Positions 30,662 to 40,774 of a DNA stretch of 64,000 nucleotides are shown here, piece after piece. The notes under the pieces are model-generated. The model searched no databases. It was given only the letters and a program-made list of their open reading frames with translations, and had not been told where the DNA came from. The position numbers and the translations under genes are program-made. How positions within the stretch are numbered: the stretch's first letter is position 1; every line of letters starts with the position of its first letter. The stretch comes from a virus, in IMG/VR virus record IMGVR_UViG_3300021438_000010, positions 34,622 through 98,621 of that record. One strand, 5' to 3'.

Positions 30662-31318
30662 TTATATACACCATTCTTTATCTAAACCTCCTAATGCTTC
30701 AGAAATATATGGAAATTGGTCATTAAAGATTTGTTTACACTCTTTGGCTATATCCATATGCTCCTTCTGAGTACCGCTTTTTTCTCTTAGTGCTATATAC
30801 GTAATCCATGATCTAACACTTCCAGAAACATAAAGTCTAGTAGGGGTTGCTAGTGGTAATATAAACCTAGCACATTCTTTAGCTACACCATCTTTAATCA
30901 TACCATCATATATTGACTTTGCTTTAGCAAAATGTTCGCGGATTTTTGTGTTCCACTTAACTATTATTTCATGATCTATATCGTCAATACTATTTTGTCT
31001 ATTTTTAGTATCTTGTCGCCTTAATTCAAATGTGGGTATATCTTCTGTCAATAAAGTTGTGTCAGCGTAACGTTGACTAAACTCTTGAAATGTAAAACTT
31101 CTATGACGCAGGATTTGAGCGGCAAGACCTCTGGTGGTATTAATCTCTACGGTCATAAAACCATGCTCAAATATACTCCAATGTTGATGATCTATACAAT
31201 ATTTCAGTAATTTAGCGTAGTTTTCGTTATTTTGGTTGTTAGGGTTGCTGACTCTAGCACAATAAGCCATTAATTTTTCTGCATCTGGAGTGGTGCTAAC
31301 TAGTTTAACTTGACGCAT
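30662..31318 (-). CDS. thyX: flavin-dependent thymidylate synthase
   Basis: HWSIFE, QILRHRSFTFQEFSQRY, ECARFILP. Confidence 0.96.
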   Translation of the reverse strand: MRQVKLVSTTPDAEKLMAYCARVSNPNNQNNENYAKLLKYCIDHQHWSIFEHGFMTVEINTTRGLAAQILRHRSFTFQEFSQRYADTTLLTEDIPTFELRRQDTKNRQNSIDDIDHEIIVKWNTKIREHFAKAKSIYDGMIKDGVAKECARFILPLATPTRLYVSGSVRSWITYIALREKSGTQKEHMDIAKECKQIFNDQFPYISEALGGLDKEWCI

Positions 31319-31535
31319 TTAGTCTTTCCTTATATTGTTCTTGATGTTCTAGCCACCGATCATTCGTATGATGGTTAAATATCGCTCTAGCCAATTTGCT
31401 AACGCTTGGAGCAACGCCGCTACCGCCAATAGTACTATCACTAGATTTTGCCCAATAATACTGATTATCAGTCTTATCTTTGATAGTTTCATAACCAAGA
31501 TTTTTAGCCCAAGATCTTATTTCTGTCCAAGTCAT
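31305..31535 (-). CDS. hypothetical protein
   Basis: Operon-style overlap. Confidence 0.55.
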   Translation of the reverse strand: MTWTEIRSWAKNLGYETIKDKTDNQYYWAKSSDSTIGGSGVAPSVSKLARAIFNHHTNDRWLEHQEQYKERLNASS

Positions 31536-31885
31536 TTTTGTAGTTGGTCCTCAGACCTTGATCTTTGTTTATGTGAGTATCCATAAGAAAAACCTGCCAT
31601 AAATGCAGATTTCAGAATTGGTATATCATCTGAATTTATTTGATTGTTGTCATACCATTCTATGAACATCTTATCTTCATCACAAAGCTCTGGGCCACAC
31701 AGTTCATTATATCTATAATCTTTTACATTGAACATACTGTCAACGCAACTAAAATATAAATCGTCTTTTACACAAGGATTTTCAAAACTATGACGCCAAC
31801 CGTTTATAACAAGTGGTTCGCCAGTATGAGTATATACAATACTTCCAATATTATATATTAATCTTGAGGCTTCTTTAAAAGTCAT
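31532..31885 (-). CDS. hypothetical protein
   Basis: Operon-style overlap. Confidence 0.55.
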   Translation of the reverse strand: MTFKEASRLIYNIGSIVYTHTGEPLVINGWRHSFENPCVKDDLYFSCVDSMFNVKDYRYNELCGPELCDEDKMFIEWYDNNQINSDDIPILKSAFMAGFSYGYSHKQRSRSEDQLQK

Positions 31886-32517
31886 AAATTTTCCTGTTTT
31901 ATGATGCTATAATATTCTGGAGTAAAAGATCCCTTCCTCATAGCTTCATTATACCAAGCAGGATTCTGTTTGTCAAACAAAATATTATGCGGCCTAACAT
32001 TTAGCCTTTCAGTTCCATTTAATTCAAATTCCCAAGGATTTTCTGACCCATCTTCTATAAGACATGATTTAAAAAAATCTACATTCCATATAGAAGCCTG
32101 CATAGATATGGTATACAAGCTATTTTGATGTAATCTGTATATATTATTAATGATATGCGATTTACTGTAAAATTCGCTGTCTTCATGTATTCCAAATCTG
32201 TCAACTCCAGTATTCATAAGTGACATGTAAAAGTCAAACTGAGACTTATCAATGGTTTTTCTTAGAAAATAATCATCTTGCATCCACAATACATATTTAG
32301 TATCGACTCTATCAAGAGCATACTTTAAACAATCCGAATATGAAATTTTGCCCGGTAATATAGATTTAAATCCATAATCATTAAATTCTTCTGTTTCTGA
32401 CAAGAAATATCGCGGTATATTTATAGTATTATCCCAATATTTATCAAATAATATACTAAATGTGTTCCATAAATGAGAATATTTGTCGCAAGTGCCAACT
32501 AGTAATGTGATATTCAT
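31882..32517 (-). CDS. putative glycosyltransferase (GT-A-like)
   Basis: TCDKYSHLW, YVLWMQDDYF, QASIW, PWEFE. Confidence 0.65.
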   Translation of the reverse strand: MNITLLVGTCDKYSHLWNTFSILFDKYWDNTINIPRYFLSETEEFNDYGFKSILPGKISYSDCLKYALDRVDTKYVLWMQDDYFLRKTIDKSQFDFYMSLMNTGVDRFGIHEDSEFYSKSHIINNIYRLHQNSLYTISMQASIWNVDFFKSCLIEDGSENPWEFELNGTERLNVRPHNILFDKQNPAWYNEAMRKGSFTPEYYSIIKQENL

Positions 32518-32578
32518 GATAATTTTTTGTGTATAATGTATTGAGTACTCAACCTCAGAATCTTATAAGGAGAAATTT

Positions 32579-32947
32579 ATGGCTTGGTCACCAACACAAT
32601 CTGGTAATATGTTCCCCGGTAGAAGTGTATTTTTCCCCGGTATTGTAGCCGGTTCTTCTACTGTAACTGGAACGAGCGGCGTATTCATTCCATTCGCTGC
32701 CTTAGAAAGTTATAACATAGGTAATAGCGGTGAAATTGGCGAATTAGTATATTCAATAGTAGATAAGTTTACCACAGGGTTAAATAATTTATCTGGTGTT
32801 GCTACTGCTACAGATGATTTGCCAACTAAATTTTCTGCCACTAGACAAACATCTTTAACTTCGGATTCAACTGCAACAAAAACTTTCAACCTTACTTTCG
32901 GTTTGAATGTTTCAAGTGCTAAGTACGATCTACAAAGCGAACCATGA
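32579..32947 (+). CDS. putative virion protein on the opposite strand
   Basis: AAGGAG RBS, upstream GTGTATA motif, S/T/G-rich. Confidence 0.65.
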   Translation: MAWSPTQSGNMFPGRSVFFPGIVAGSSTVTGTSGVFIPFAALESYNIGNSGEIGELVYSIVDKFTTGLNNLSGVATATDDLPTKFSATRQTSLTSDSTATKTFNLTFGLNVSSAKYDLQSEP

Positions 32948-33001
32948 TGGACAGAGTTTGATAGAAAAATATACGTATGTTTGGTGAAGAGGGCAGGCTT
33001 T

Positions 33002-33769
33002 TTAGTCTGCTCTCTTTTTTTTCATATTTTCTCTTATCCATTCTACAAACTTGCTTACTCTAGTATGACCGCCATCATCATTATACGTTGAATTTGGCTT
33101 CTTGTCAATTGCGGTTACGCAAGAATTTATGCCAGCCAATCTGCTATCAATAAACAAACCCCCACCGCTATCGCCACTTCCAATTAAAAACTCTAATTCT
33201 GTCTTATCGGAAACTGATGGTGTGCATATCAACAAGTCATTTTCTATCCTATCTATTCTATTTAATCCAGCCCTTCGTTTTCCATCGCCACCTTTTATTC
33301 CACTTATAAATGTTCCTGTTTGACCATATCCAGAAATAGAGCATATTTTATTCAATTCTTGATTTTCGTTATATAATTCTGGATATTTTTCAAGCCCTAT
33401 GTCAGATTTTATGTAGCATAATGCTATATCTGAGAATCCAAAACGTTTTTCTTCAAAATCTTCATGACGAATTATTTCTTCAATTAATATAGCTTTTTTC
33501 TTTTTTTCGTCATATAAAAATGCAAATCTTGCACCGTCAACGACATGTGCAGCAGTTAATGCCCAATGTGGGTCTATAGCTACCGCAGAAGCTGAAAATG
33601 TTTGTTTTGTTTTTTCGTATGATCCCATTATTTCTAAGACACAATCAAATTTCTTACCATATTCAACATATTTTTCGTCTGGAGTGTTGGGGTCTATTGT
33701 TCCAGATATTACATTATTCCCCAAAAATAAAAGAAAAGAAAGAAACAGGTTTTTGAGTAAAGTTTTCAT
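33002..33769 (-). CDS. secreted trypsin-like serine protease
   Basis: Signal peptide; LTAAHV, DIAL, GDSGGG catalytic triad. Confidence 0.9.
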   Translation of the reverse strand: MKTLLKNLFLSFLLFLGNNVISGTIDPNTPDEKYVEYGKKFDCVLEIMGSYEKTKQTFSASAVAIDPHWALTAAHVVDGARFAFLYDEKKKKAILIEEIIRHEDFEEKRFGFSDIALCYIKSDIGLEKYPELYNENQELNKICSISGYGQTGTFISGIKGGDGKRRAGLNRIDRIENDLLICTPSVSDKTELEFLIGSGDSGGGLFIDSRLAGINSCVTAIDKKPNSTYNDDGGHTRVSKFVEWIRENMKKKRAD

Positions 33770-34085
33770 TGTATGGCCTATTTTTGATTTTGGATGAAAG
33801 GAATTTAGAATCTTCCACAACGTTTTCATTCCAGCTTTTATAGTCCATCAAATGACCAATTAATAAATGACAGTTCTTAGAGCATAAAGTAATTAAATTA
33901 TTTGGATCAAGTTCTTTTTCTGGTTCTTTGTGATAAGGTATTATATGATGAACTTCCAAATCGTCTTTTCTACCACAAGCTTGACAAACTGGCTGATATT
34001 TTAAATGTTCTTTTCTTACAGTAGGCCACCGTGGTGATCTAGAGTAGTCAGTTATTTTTCTTTTTAGCCAGTTTAACATAATCAT
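33714..34085 (-). CDS. small HNH endonuclease
   Basis: CQACG, LEVHH, NLITLC..CH. Confidence 0.85.
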   Translation of the reverse strand: MIMLNWLKRKITDYSRSPRWPTVRKEHLKYQPVCQACGRKDDLEVHHIIPYHKEPEKELDPNNLITLCSKNCHLLIGHLMDYKSWNENVVEDSKFLSSKIKNRPYNENFTQKPVSFFSFIFGE

Positions 34086-34117
34086 CTCCTAAAAGCCCGA
34101 TATAGTATACACTAAAT

Positions 34118-34146
34118 AAAAAAGGGGCAGCTTTCGCCACCCCTTA
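34118..34146 (-). terminator. intrinsic terminator
   Basis: AAGGGG...CCCCTT stem plus U-tract on the minus strand. Confidence 0.6.
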
Positions 34147-34173
34147 ATCTTGATCAATTTAGTTAACTATTGT

Positions 34174-34467
34174 TCACTCTTCACGAACAAAGGCTACACC
34201 AAATTCCCCCGGCTGTGCTGGAGGAACACTGTCAACCGCAGTAAACTCGACTGTGGCTGGAGAACTTACATTGCCAGCATCATCAACGTCTACTAGGGTT
34301 AGAACAACCTTATCATTATCTGAGAACGATAGTTCACCAAAACTTGTGGTATTTGCTGGATATGGTGATGTTGAACGAACTTCACCATTAACAGTAACTG
34401 AAAGTCTACGCTCTGCAACGTCACTATCAACAACTGGACCAGCGGTTACATTATAAACTAGTGCCAT
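34174..34467 (-). CDS. Ig/FN3-like beta protein
   Basis: DVDDAGNVS...DSVPPAQP; GAGGA RBS before MALVY. Confidence 0.6.
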   Translation of the reverse strand: MALVYNVTAGPVVDSDVAERRLSVTVNGEVRSTSPYPANTTSFGELSFSDNDKVVLTLVDVDDAGNVSSPATVEFTAVDSVPPAQPGEFGVAFVREE

Positions 34468-34993
34468 AAAAAATTCCTCTCTGTATAAAAAATCACACTT
34501 AAATGCTGTAGGATAGATACTACGCATATCTATCTTTCGCAAAACTTTTAAATATCTATTAAATAGTCTATCATTTAGCCATAAAAACATTATTCTACTA
34601 TATCCCTTATTTCTAAAATCTCTTTATGTATTATACCAATTTTTTTATCTTTTATACTGTCAATTTCATTAATTTTATTTAGCATATCAATATATAGTAT
34701 ATTTACCGATAAAGACGAAACTAGTAGAGAAAATAAAAGGGCTACTATAGAATATTTCATATTAAAACTCCTTAAGGTGGGATTTAGTTGGTAGGCTACC
34801 AATCTATACACACACCGGGAGGTTTATCGTTATCCAAAATAGCCCTTCTTTCTTCTCTTAATCCAGCTATTTCTTTACGTTGAGTTTTGATTTCTTGTTT
34901 TAATGACTCTATTGTGATTTTTAAAGATTCTATTTCTTTGTGAAGACTGTTTATATAGTCATCTATATCTGTAGAAATTTTCATATTTAATTA

Positions 34994-35080
34994 CGGAGCA
35001 AATAGGATTCGAACCTATGGACCAAATTAATGATCGTCGGTTTAGTAAACCGGTGCATTAGACCGCTCTGCCATTGCTCC
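34994..35080 (-). tRNA. tRNA-Ser(ACT)
   Basis: GGAGCAA/TTGCTCC acceptor, G73, long variable arm, GTTCGAATC T-loop, anticodon loop TTACTAA; CCA not encoded. Confidence 0.85.
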
Positions 35081-35478
35081 TATACATTATCAAAATTTAT
35101 TAATTGAGTTTCAAGTTCTTCTATTGAAATTTTATTTTGTAAGTTTTCAGATGTTCTACTATTAGAAGAGTGGGTATGTTCCATATGACAATTAGAACAC
35201 ATTACTCTGCATTTTTTAATTTCATCTATCAATTCTTGTGGGCTATGCCTTTTAGAATATAACCTATACATTCCACCAGCACAGGTTCTTTTTGAACATC
35301 CATTCTTAGTAATTTCTGATTTTTCGTATTCCGGTAAATGATCAAAACATAGTGCTGATGGGTGCTTGTTATATCCACAAATACAACACCCAACCGATAC
35401 TTTATAGGCATCGACTAATTCGTGTCTTCTTTTTATTGTATCACTACTAGTTGCCATTGTCAAGTCTGTCGCATACAT
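35080..35478 (-). CDS. HNH-like endonuclease
   Basis: CCICGY...LCFDH...KCRVMCSNCH. Confidence 0.75.
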   Translation of the reverse strand: MYATDLTMATSSDTIKRRHELVDAYKVSVGCCICGYNKHPSALCFDHLPEYEKSEITKNGCSKRTCAGGMYRLYSKRHSPQELIDEIKKCRVMCSNCHMEHTHSSNSRTSENLQNKISIEELETQLINFDNV

Positions 35479-35998
35479 TCTTACAAAAATTTATTACATC
35501 ATCGTCAGAAAATGTATTCTTAGCATAGTTGTATATTAAAGCAACAAATCTTACATTACTTTCAATATATCCTATAGAGCTATCTATTCTATCTAATGAT
35601 GCTTGATATGGATATTTTTTGATATCATTGTTTGAATGAGTTCTTAAAGTCAATTTTTGGTTTGTAAATGGACATATTCCATTTTGTTCATTCCAGAGTC
35701 TTTTTAAGTATTCACAATCAACATTATATTCATGATTTCTTTTTTTTGAATTCCTAATTACAACTTTCATATACCATCGAAAATTTGAGTATTCATCTGG
35801 CTGTCTGGTATATTTAGCTAGTTTAAAATTATTATGAAATTGGGATACACGTTGTATATTATCTTTATTTTTGCCAGCACATTTTAGATCGCAATAAAAT
35901 TTGTTTTTTCCTTTTTTCGTTTGTCTTTTGATTTCTGATGCTAATTTTGATACTTCTTTGCCGCATGAAGCACAAGTTATTGTAATTGTAGTTTTCAT
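35447..35998 (-). CDS. HNH-like endonuclease with N-terminal zinc finger
   Basis: CASCGK...YCDLKC; QNGICPFT...SLDRIDSSIGY..NV...YNYAK. Confidence 0.8.
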   Translation of the reverse strand: MKTTITITCASCGKEVSKLASEIKRQTKKGKNKFYCDLKCAGKNKDNIQRVSQFHNNFKLAKYTRQPDEYSNFRWYMKVVIRNSKKRNHEYNVDCEYLKRLWNEQNGICPFTNQKLTLRTHSNNDIKKYPYQASLDRIDSSIGYIESNVRFVALIYNYAKNTFSDDDVINFCKNVCDRLDNGN

Positions 35999-36050
35999 AT
36001 ATTTCTCCTTCAATGTGTTATACACAAAAATGGAGACGGGTTGTTTTTAG

Positions 36051-36402
36051 TGGAGGCGGGCAGAGTCGAACTGCCGTCCAGAATAATTTCAATATAAACC
36101 TCTACATCCTTAGTTAATTGTTATCGCACAACTAACAAAACTAACAGAGTTATCTGTGTCAGATTGAGTACAATCATCATTCCTATTTATGTTTGGTAGG
36201 ACTACCATATCCGATTATCGGAGTCAGCATGATTGGGCAATACGGTTCATGCTACCGCACTCTTACCTAACTAGGTCAGGCAGCGAGAGCGAGAGTCGAA
36301 ACTTCGCCAATTAACATTTCAATCGACTTTTATACTGGCCGGTCGATTAACCAGTGGATGCCATCTATATCTACGTTTACCTGTCGAAACCTTTACGCCC
36401 CC
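36051..36402 (-). ncRNA. ssrA: tmRNA
   Basis: 5' GGGGGCG pairs with 3' CGCCTCC-A (G3:U70 Ala determinant); GTTCGACT T-loop; PK1 stems ACTGG/CCAGT and AATCGAC/GTCGATT; tag ORF 36308-36276 GEVSTLALAA*. Confidence 0.93.
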
Positions 36403-36744
36403 TTATTTTAGGAAGTTTGTTAAATCATTCGGTCCTTGATAACCAATCTTTCTTCGTAACTCTTTTCCGCCCTCGTAAATCACAAAAGCGGGGATCGTCT
36501 TTATATTGTACCCCTCAACGATGTCTTTGTCAACATCAAAATCTACATCTACGATGGTATAATTTTTTACAATCTCTGATAATTGTGGATCATTTTGTAT
36601 ATTGTTTTTAGCTATTTGACAGTATTTACACCAATCGGCTGAAAATATGATTAGTACTTTTTCGTTAGTATTGTCAAAAGCAAAAACTGACGCGATAGAT
36701 ATCAAACACGAAATCAAAAGGACAGAAACTAGTGTATTTCTCAT
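36403..36744 (-). CDS. secreted thioredoxin-like protein
   Basis: Signal peptide, WCKYC, cis-Pro TIPA. Confidence 0.85.
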   Translation of the reverse strand: MRNTLVSVLLISCLISIASVFAFDNTNEKVLIIFSADWCKYCQIAKNNIQNDPQLSEIVKNYTIVDVDFDVDKDIVEGYNIKTIPAFVIYEGGKELRRKIGYQGPNDLTNFLK

Positions 36745-37156
36745 GCTAAAACCCTCCAAATGGCTAATAATATATTCTACCTTGAATATATATACACTTT
36801 TATTATATTACATATCTTTCTCAATAAGTTGTTTATTCTGTAAATTGAATAGTTTAGCCATCAAATAGAATCGTTCATCATCTAAGATGTTGATTTCTTG
36901 ATTTATTGATTCAATTCTACCTTTTATAGCATCTAAATCATTGTCATTTAGATAATCTATGAGTTGACTTTCTCTTTTAGTCATTTGTTTTCTCTAATAC
37001 ATATTAAAACAGTACATATACCGCAAAAAGTGTAAACTAATCCTAGTATTACCCAAGCGTAAAATTCATTCATACTAAATTTCCTATTATATGTGAATGT
37101 TGATCTTTTTCAAAAGATATATTACTGTTCGTGCCAGCATAATACCAAAACTAACC

Positions 37157-37315
37157 TCAAGTATTTTGGAAAGACTTAGGTATAACATTGTATTTCACTT
37201 CCTGTTGACGGTGCCTTGGCCTTTTGTAGCCCATAAATACTTGGCTAGTAAGAACCCCCATACCAGTTATGAGGGTTACTACTATGCCTACGATAAATAT
37301 GGTAAAGTTACTCAT
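37157..37315 (-). CDS. small membrane peptide
   Basis: MSNFTIFIVGIVVTLITGMG; ATGA overlap with the upstream peptide. Confidence 0.55.
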   Translation of the reverse strand: MSNFTIFIVGIVVTLITGMGVLTSQVFMGYKRPRHRQQEVKYNVIPKSFQNT

Positions 37316-37470
37316 TTGAATAAATTCCCTAGAGAGAGTATACTTGGAACCCACAATCCTACGAATAGTGCCTGCTGTCTATTAAGGTCACTATCTCCTG
37401 CAAACCATAGCGTAACACTAAAAACAAAACTAGCAAATGCGGCTACAATAAAATAATTTCGACTGTTCAT
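37312..37470 (-). CDS. 52-aa membrane peptide (not in ORF track)
   Basis: MNSRNYFIVAAFASFVFSVTLWF...LFVGLWVPSILSLG with AAGGA RBS. Confidence 0.6.
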   Translation of the reverse strand: MNSRNYFIVAAFASFVFSVTLWFAGDSDLNRQQALFVGLWVPSILSLGNLFK

Positions 37471-37854
37471 AATACTTTCCTTTTATTAAATTTGAAACTC
37501 TTTTAGTATTTCTAATATTCGTCGGACTAACGCAGCACCGCCTACAATTCTTCCATCAGTATAATCTTCGCCATAACCAGCATTGCATTCATGCTGTTTC
37601 TGACTTTCTATTTTTTCATTACATAACTTGATAACTTCAAGTATTCTATCTTTTTGTTTTTGATTCATTGTCTTCAAAGCCTTGATTGTATGCTGCTTCT
37701 AGCCAGCTTTTTATTTGCAACCAATTATCTATAGGATCTTTGGGGCGTTTTACAAGATCGTCGTATATTCTCTCCATTCGTAAAGAGAATCCCTCAGATT
37801 CGTTGAGCCATTCATTAAAAGTCATAAATCTACCTTTTCAATCTGTACAAACTA

Positions 37855-38472
37855 TTATACCGCAATTGAGTCTTTTGTCAACTGGTAAGTTTCCAATTCA
37901 TCTAAACATCTAAATTTAGTATTACCGTATTGTATATTTTTAGATCTATGCCAGTGACCAAAAAACCAAAATTTTGGTTGATGAATATTAAGTAACTCTT
38001 GCAAAGCCCAAGTAGTATTGTTCTCAATTATTCTTTGATCCATATGCAACATTTGAGTAGCAATATCAAATGGACAATCATGAGAGATTACTACATCCGG
38101 CTTTACTGAACGATATAGTTCTCTGGCTTTCATAAATTGATCAATTGTTACTTGCTCATCTTGCCACCAATCTATTCCTATAGTTCTATGCTGTATATCA
38201 ATACTATAAGCTCCACGGTAATAGAAAAAATCTATTCCATTTAACCTTGTATAGCCATAATCTCCCAAAAAGTGAGGATAATTATAGCAGATATCATAGT
38301 TATCATGATTACCACCTAAAATAAGATGTCTCGTTGAATCAACATTCGACAAAGTATCATATTTAAAACCGAAATCACCAATTTGGATCGTATACGGGTG
38401 ACGTTTAGTTTGTCGTATAATTTCATGGTAATGTTTGTATTTACCGTGAACATCACCGATTAGAGTTATCAT
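37855..38472 (-). CDS. calcineurin-like metallophosphoesterase
   Basis: GDVHG, IGDFG, GNHD, SHD, FGHWH. Confidence 0.9.
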   Translation of the reverse strand: MITLIGDVHGKYKHYHEIIRQTKRHPYTIQIGDFGFKYDTLSNVDSTRHLILGGNHDNYDICYNYPHFLGDYGYTRLNGIDFFYYRGAYSIDIQHRTIGIDWWQDEQVTIDQFMKARELYRSVKPDVVISHDCPFDIATQMLHMDQRIIENNTTWALQELLNIHQPKFWFFGHWHRSKNIQYGNTKFRCLDELETYQLTKDSIAV

Positions 38473-38674
38473 TTAAATCCACCGTTATTTCTGCTCCATC
38501 AAATATCCAGCGATCCATATTATCTCTTGTATTAAGGCCAATAGGTTTGTTTACAACCTTAAATTTTACATCAAAAATACCACTAAGTCCTTGGTTATGA
38601 TAAAGGTACTTTATGATAGCATCCTTAACATCTTCATCGCTCATACTAATATGAGTCTTATTATTAATTTTCAT
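38453..38674 (-). CDS. hypothetical protein, paralog of 42547..42750
   Basis: Shared MKI.NKT.I..S..DV and KF.VVNKPI...D.MD...FD. Confidence 0.6.
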   Translation of the reverse strand: MKINNKTHISMSDEDVKDAIIKYLYHNQGLSGIFDVKFKVVNKPIGLNTRDNMDRWIFDGAEITVDLNDNSNR

Positions 38675-39829
38675 TTACGAAATCCTTTAGTTTTTTAATA
38701 GCACTGTCGATTGTTTTAACAACAGCCCCACTTAATGCGTAGTCTTTTTTATAAGAGGCTAGTGCATCTAGTATTTTCCACGCTTCATTTTTGTTAATAT
38801 CAATAGGCATCTGGATTCTCCAAGTATCCTTTCGTTTGAGGTTCACCGTATTCATCATAGGATGCTGCCATTTCGTTTCTGTGCCACTTTTTTACTTCTG
38901 CTAGTGCTTCCGTAAGACTATCAAAATAGTGGCCTCTGGATGGCCCTAGAACGTAGGAGTATATTTCAACTCCGGTAATTTTACATTCGCAATCTTTGTC
39001 ACTCCAGTAGTCTCCAAAACTTAAACTAATATGTCCTTCACTCATTTTACAGTGTCCGTCGCTGAACTCAAAATAATGGTCATATGATTCTTTAAGGAGT
39101 TTACGAATAGTAATTAGTTTTTCAAAGTCTTTTGCGTTCATATTATTTCTTTCCTTTCAAAACTCCAATAACAATATTCTTCTTCTCCATCCCATTCCTC
39201 ATCATAGTTTAATCTTAGTGGAATTTTACAATGTGGACAATATAACTGTTTTGAACTATTATATTGGCCTGTAAGATTTTCCCAACTAACTAGATCATCT
39301 ATTGGTTCTTCGCAATTTGGACAAGGATAGTAACTCATACAAACAATCTGTCTTTTATTAAATCTGCAATAGTTTTATTAATATTGATTCCGTTTACAAC
39401 TATCTCCTTGTCAGAATCATATTCATCAATTTCCATATATTTCATGGCATTATTGAAACACCAAAAGATAGCAAATTTTTGTTCAGTTGTTAAGTTCATC
39501 ACTTAAACCCTTTTCTTTCATCATATCACTTACGAAAGATATTAGATTGAATAAGTCCACTGTTTTGACTTTTTCTCCATCAGATACTTGAAAGAAACTT
39601 CTACCATCAGCATTAACACCAAGAGATATATTGTGTGCTTTTGGGTTTTTACTATTATGTCGTATGCCAATAGCAGCATAGTCTGATGATGGACTAATTT
39701 CTAGTCCGATAGTATATTTATCTGTTTTTAGCCAAACACATTTCTTATTTTCTCCTTTTGTCCAGGTTTGAAATATATTTCCAAAATTTGTATGAAAGTT
39801 ATGATCATCGCTATTAAAAGTTTTTGTTG

Positions 39830-40774
39830 TCATTTTTGTTCTCCTTGTTTTTTGCTTTCTTCATATTCTTCCTGTGTAATATATCTTTGTTTTTTAGTAT
39901 CAAACGATGAAAATTGACCCATTCCCATACATTCGCTACAACTTGTTTTCTCTATTTTTGGACCCAATTTTTCGTATTCCTTAGAATAAATCTCGTATTG
40001 TTTATTTACTTCATCACAATATTTATACTTATTATCATCTGATTTAATACAATTTGTACACTTATCACTCATTAAATGTTTATTTAACCATAGTGCCATT
40101 TTAGCGTCACGCCAAATTAGGTTAGTATCTTCTTTTCTTTCTCCAGTACCTCTACAAAATGAACAAACTATTAATGGAGCATTATTTTTTTGCACATTTT
40201 TTGGGACAGGAGCGGGAACATCTGGATTAACTATTGCTTTCCATGACGCTATAATATTCCAAGTATGATCTGATAATAATCTATAATGGGTATAATGAAT
40301 ATCAATAATTTTTCCTTCTTTTACTCTAATATATGCTACTCTAAAATCCTCAAAAGTTTCTGGGTTTTCTATTGGGCCATTTTCATATTTCTCATGTGCA
40401 ACCCATGTTTGGATAAGGTCTTTAACATTAAGATTAAGATTACCCCTCATTACCGGCATGAAATAACCTTTGCGACCAACTGGTTGAACAACATCTCCAT
40501 ACATAACCCATTCTTCGCAATATTCAAAATATTCTAACTCTATGCTTTTCATGGGAACAACTTCTGTGCGTCCCCAAGGATGAATACTTTCCGCAGTCCC
40601 AGTAATTTCTGTTGATGTTATTGTTTGTCTATCAACTGGTTTGGGTTTGATAAATTTTTTTGTATTTTGTAAATTTTTTTGATGAATAGGATCCAAAACA
40701 AACCAACACAATATAGAAGCAAGAGATGCAACTATTGCTGTCCAATAATATAGTTTATCATTCATAATCATCAT
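39830..40774 (-). CDS. membrane-anchored protein with DnaJ-like CxxCxGxG zinc motifs
   Basis: N-terminal TM; CSFCRGTG, CSECMGMG. Confidence 0.6.
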   Translation of the reverse strand: MMIMNDKLYYWTAIVASLASILCWFVLDPIHQKNLQNTKKFIKPKPVDRQTITSTEITGTAESIHPWGRTEVVPMKSIELEYFEYCEEWVMYGDVVQPVGRKGYFMPVMRGNLNLNVKDLIQTWVAHEKYENGPIENPETFEDFRVAYIRVKEGKIIDIHYTHYRLLSDHTWNIIASWKAIVNPDVPAPVPKNVQKNNAPLIVCSFCRGTGERKEDTNLIWRDAKMALWLNKHLMSDKCTNCIKSDDNKYKYCDEVNKQYEIYSKEYEKLGPKIEKTSCSECMGMGQFSSFDTKKQRYITQEEYEESKKQGEQK

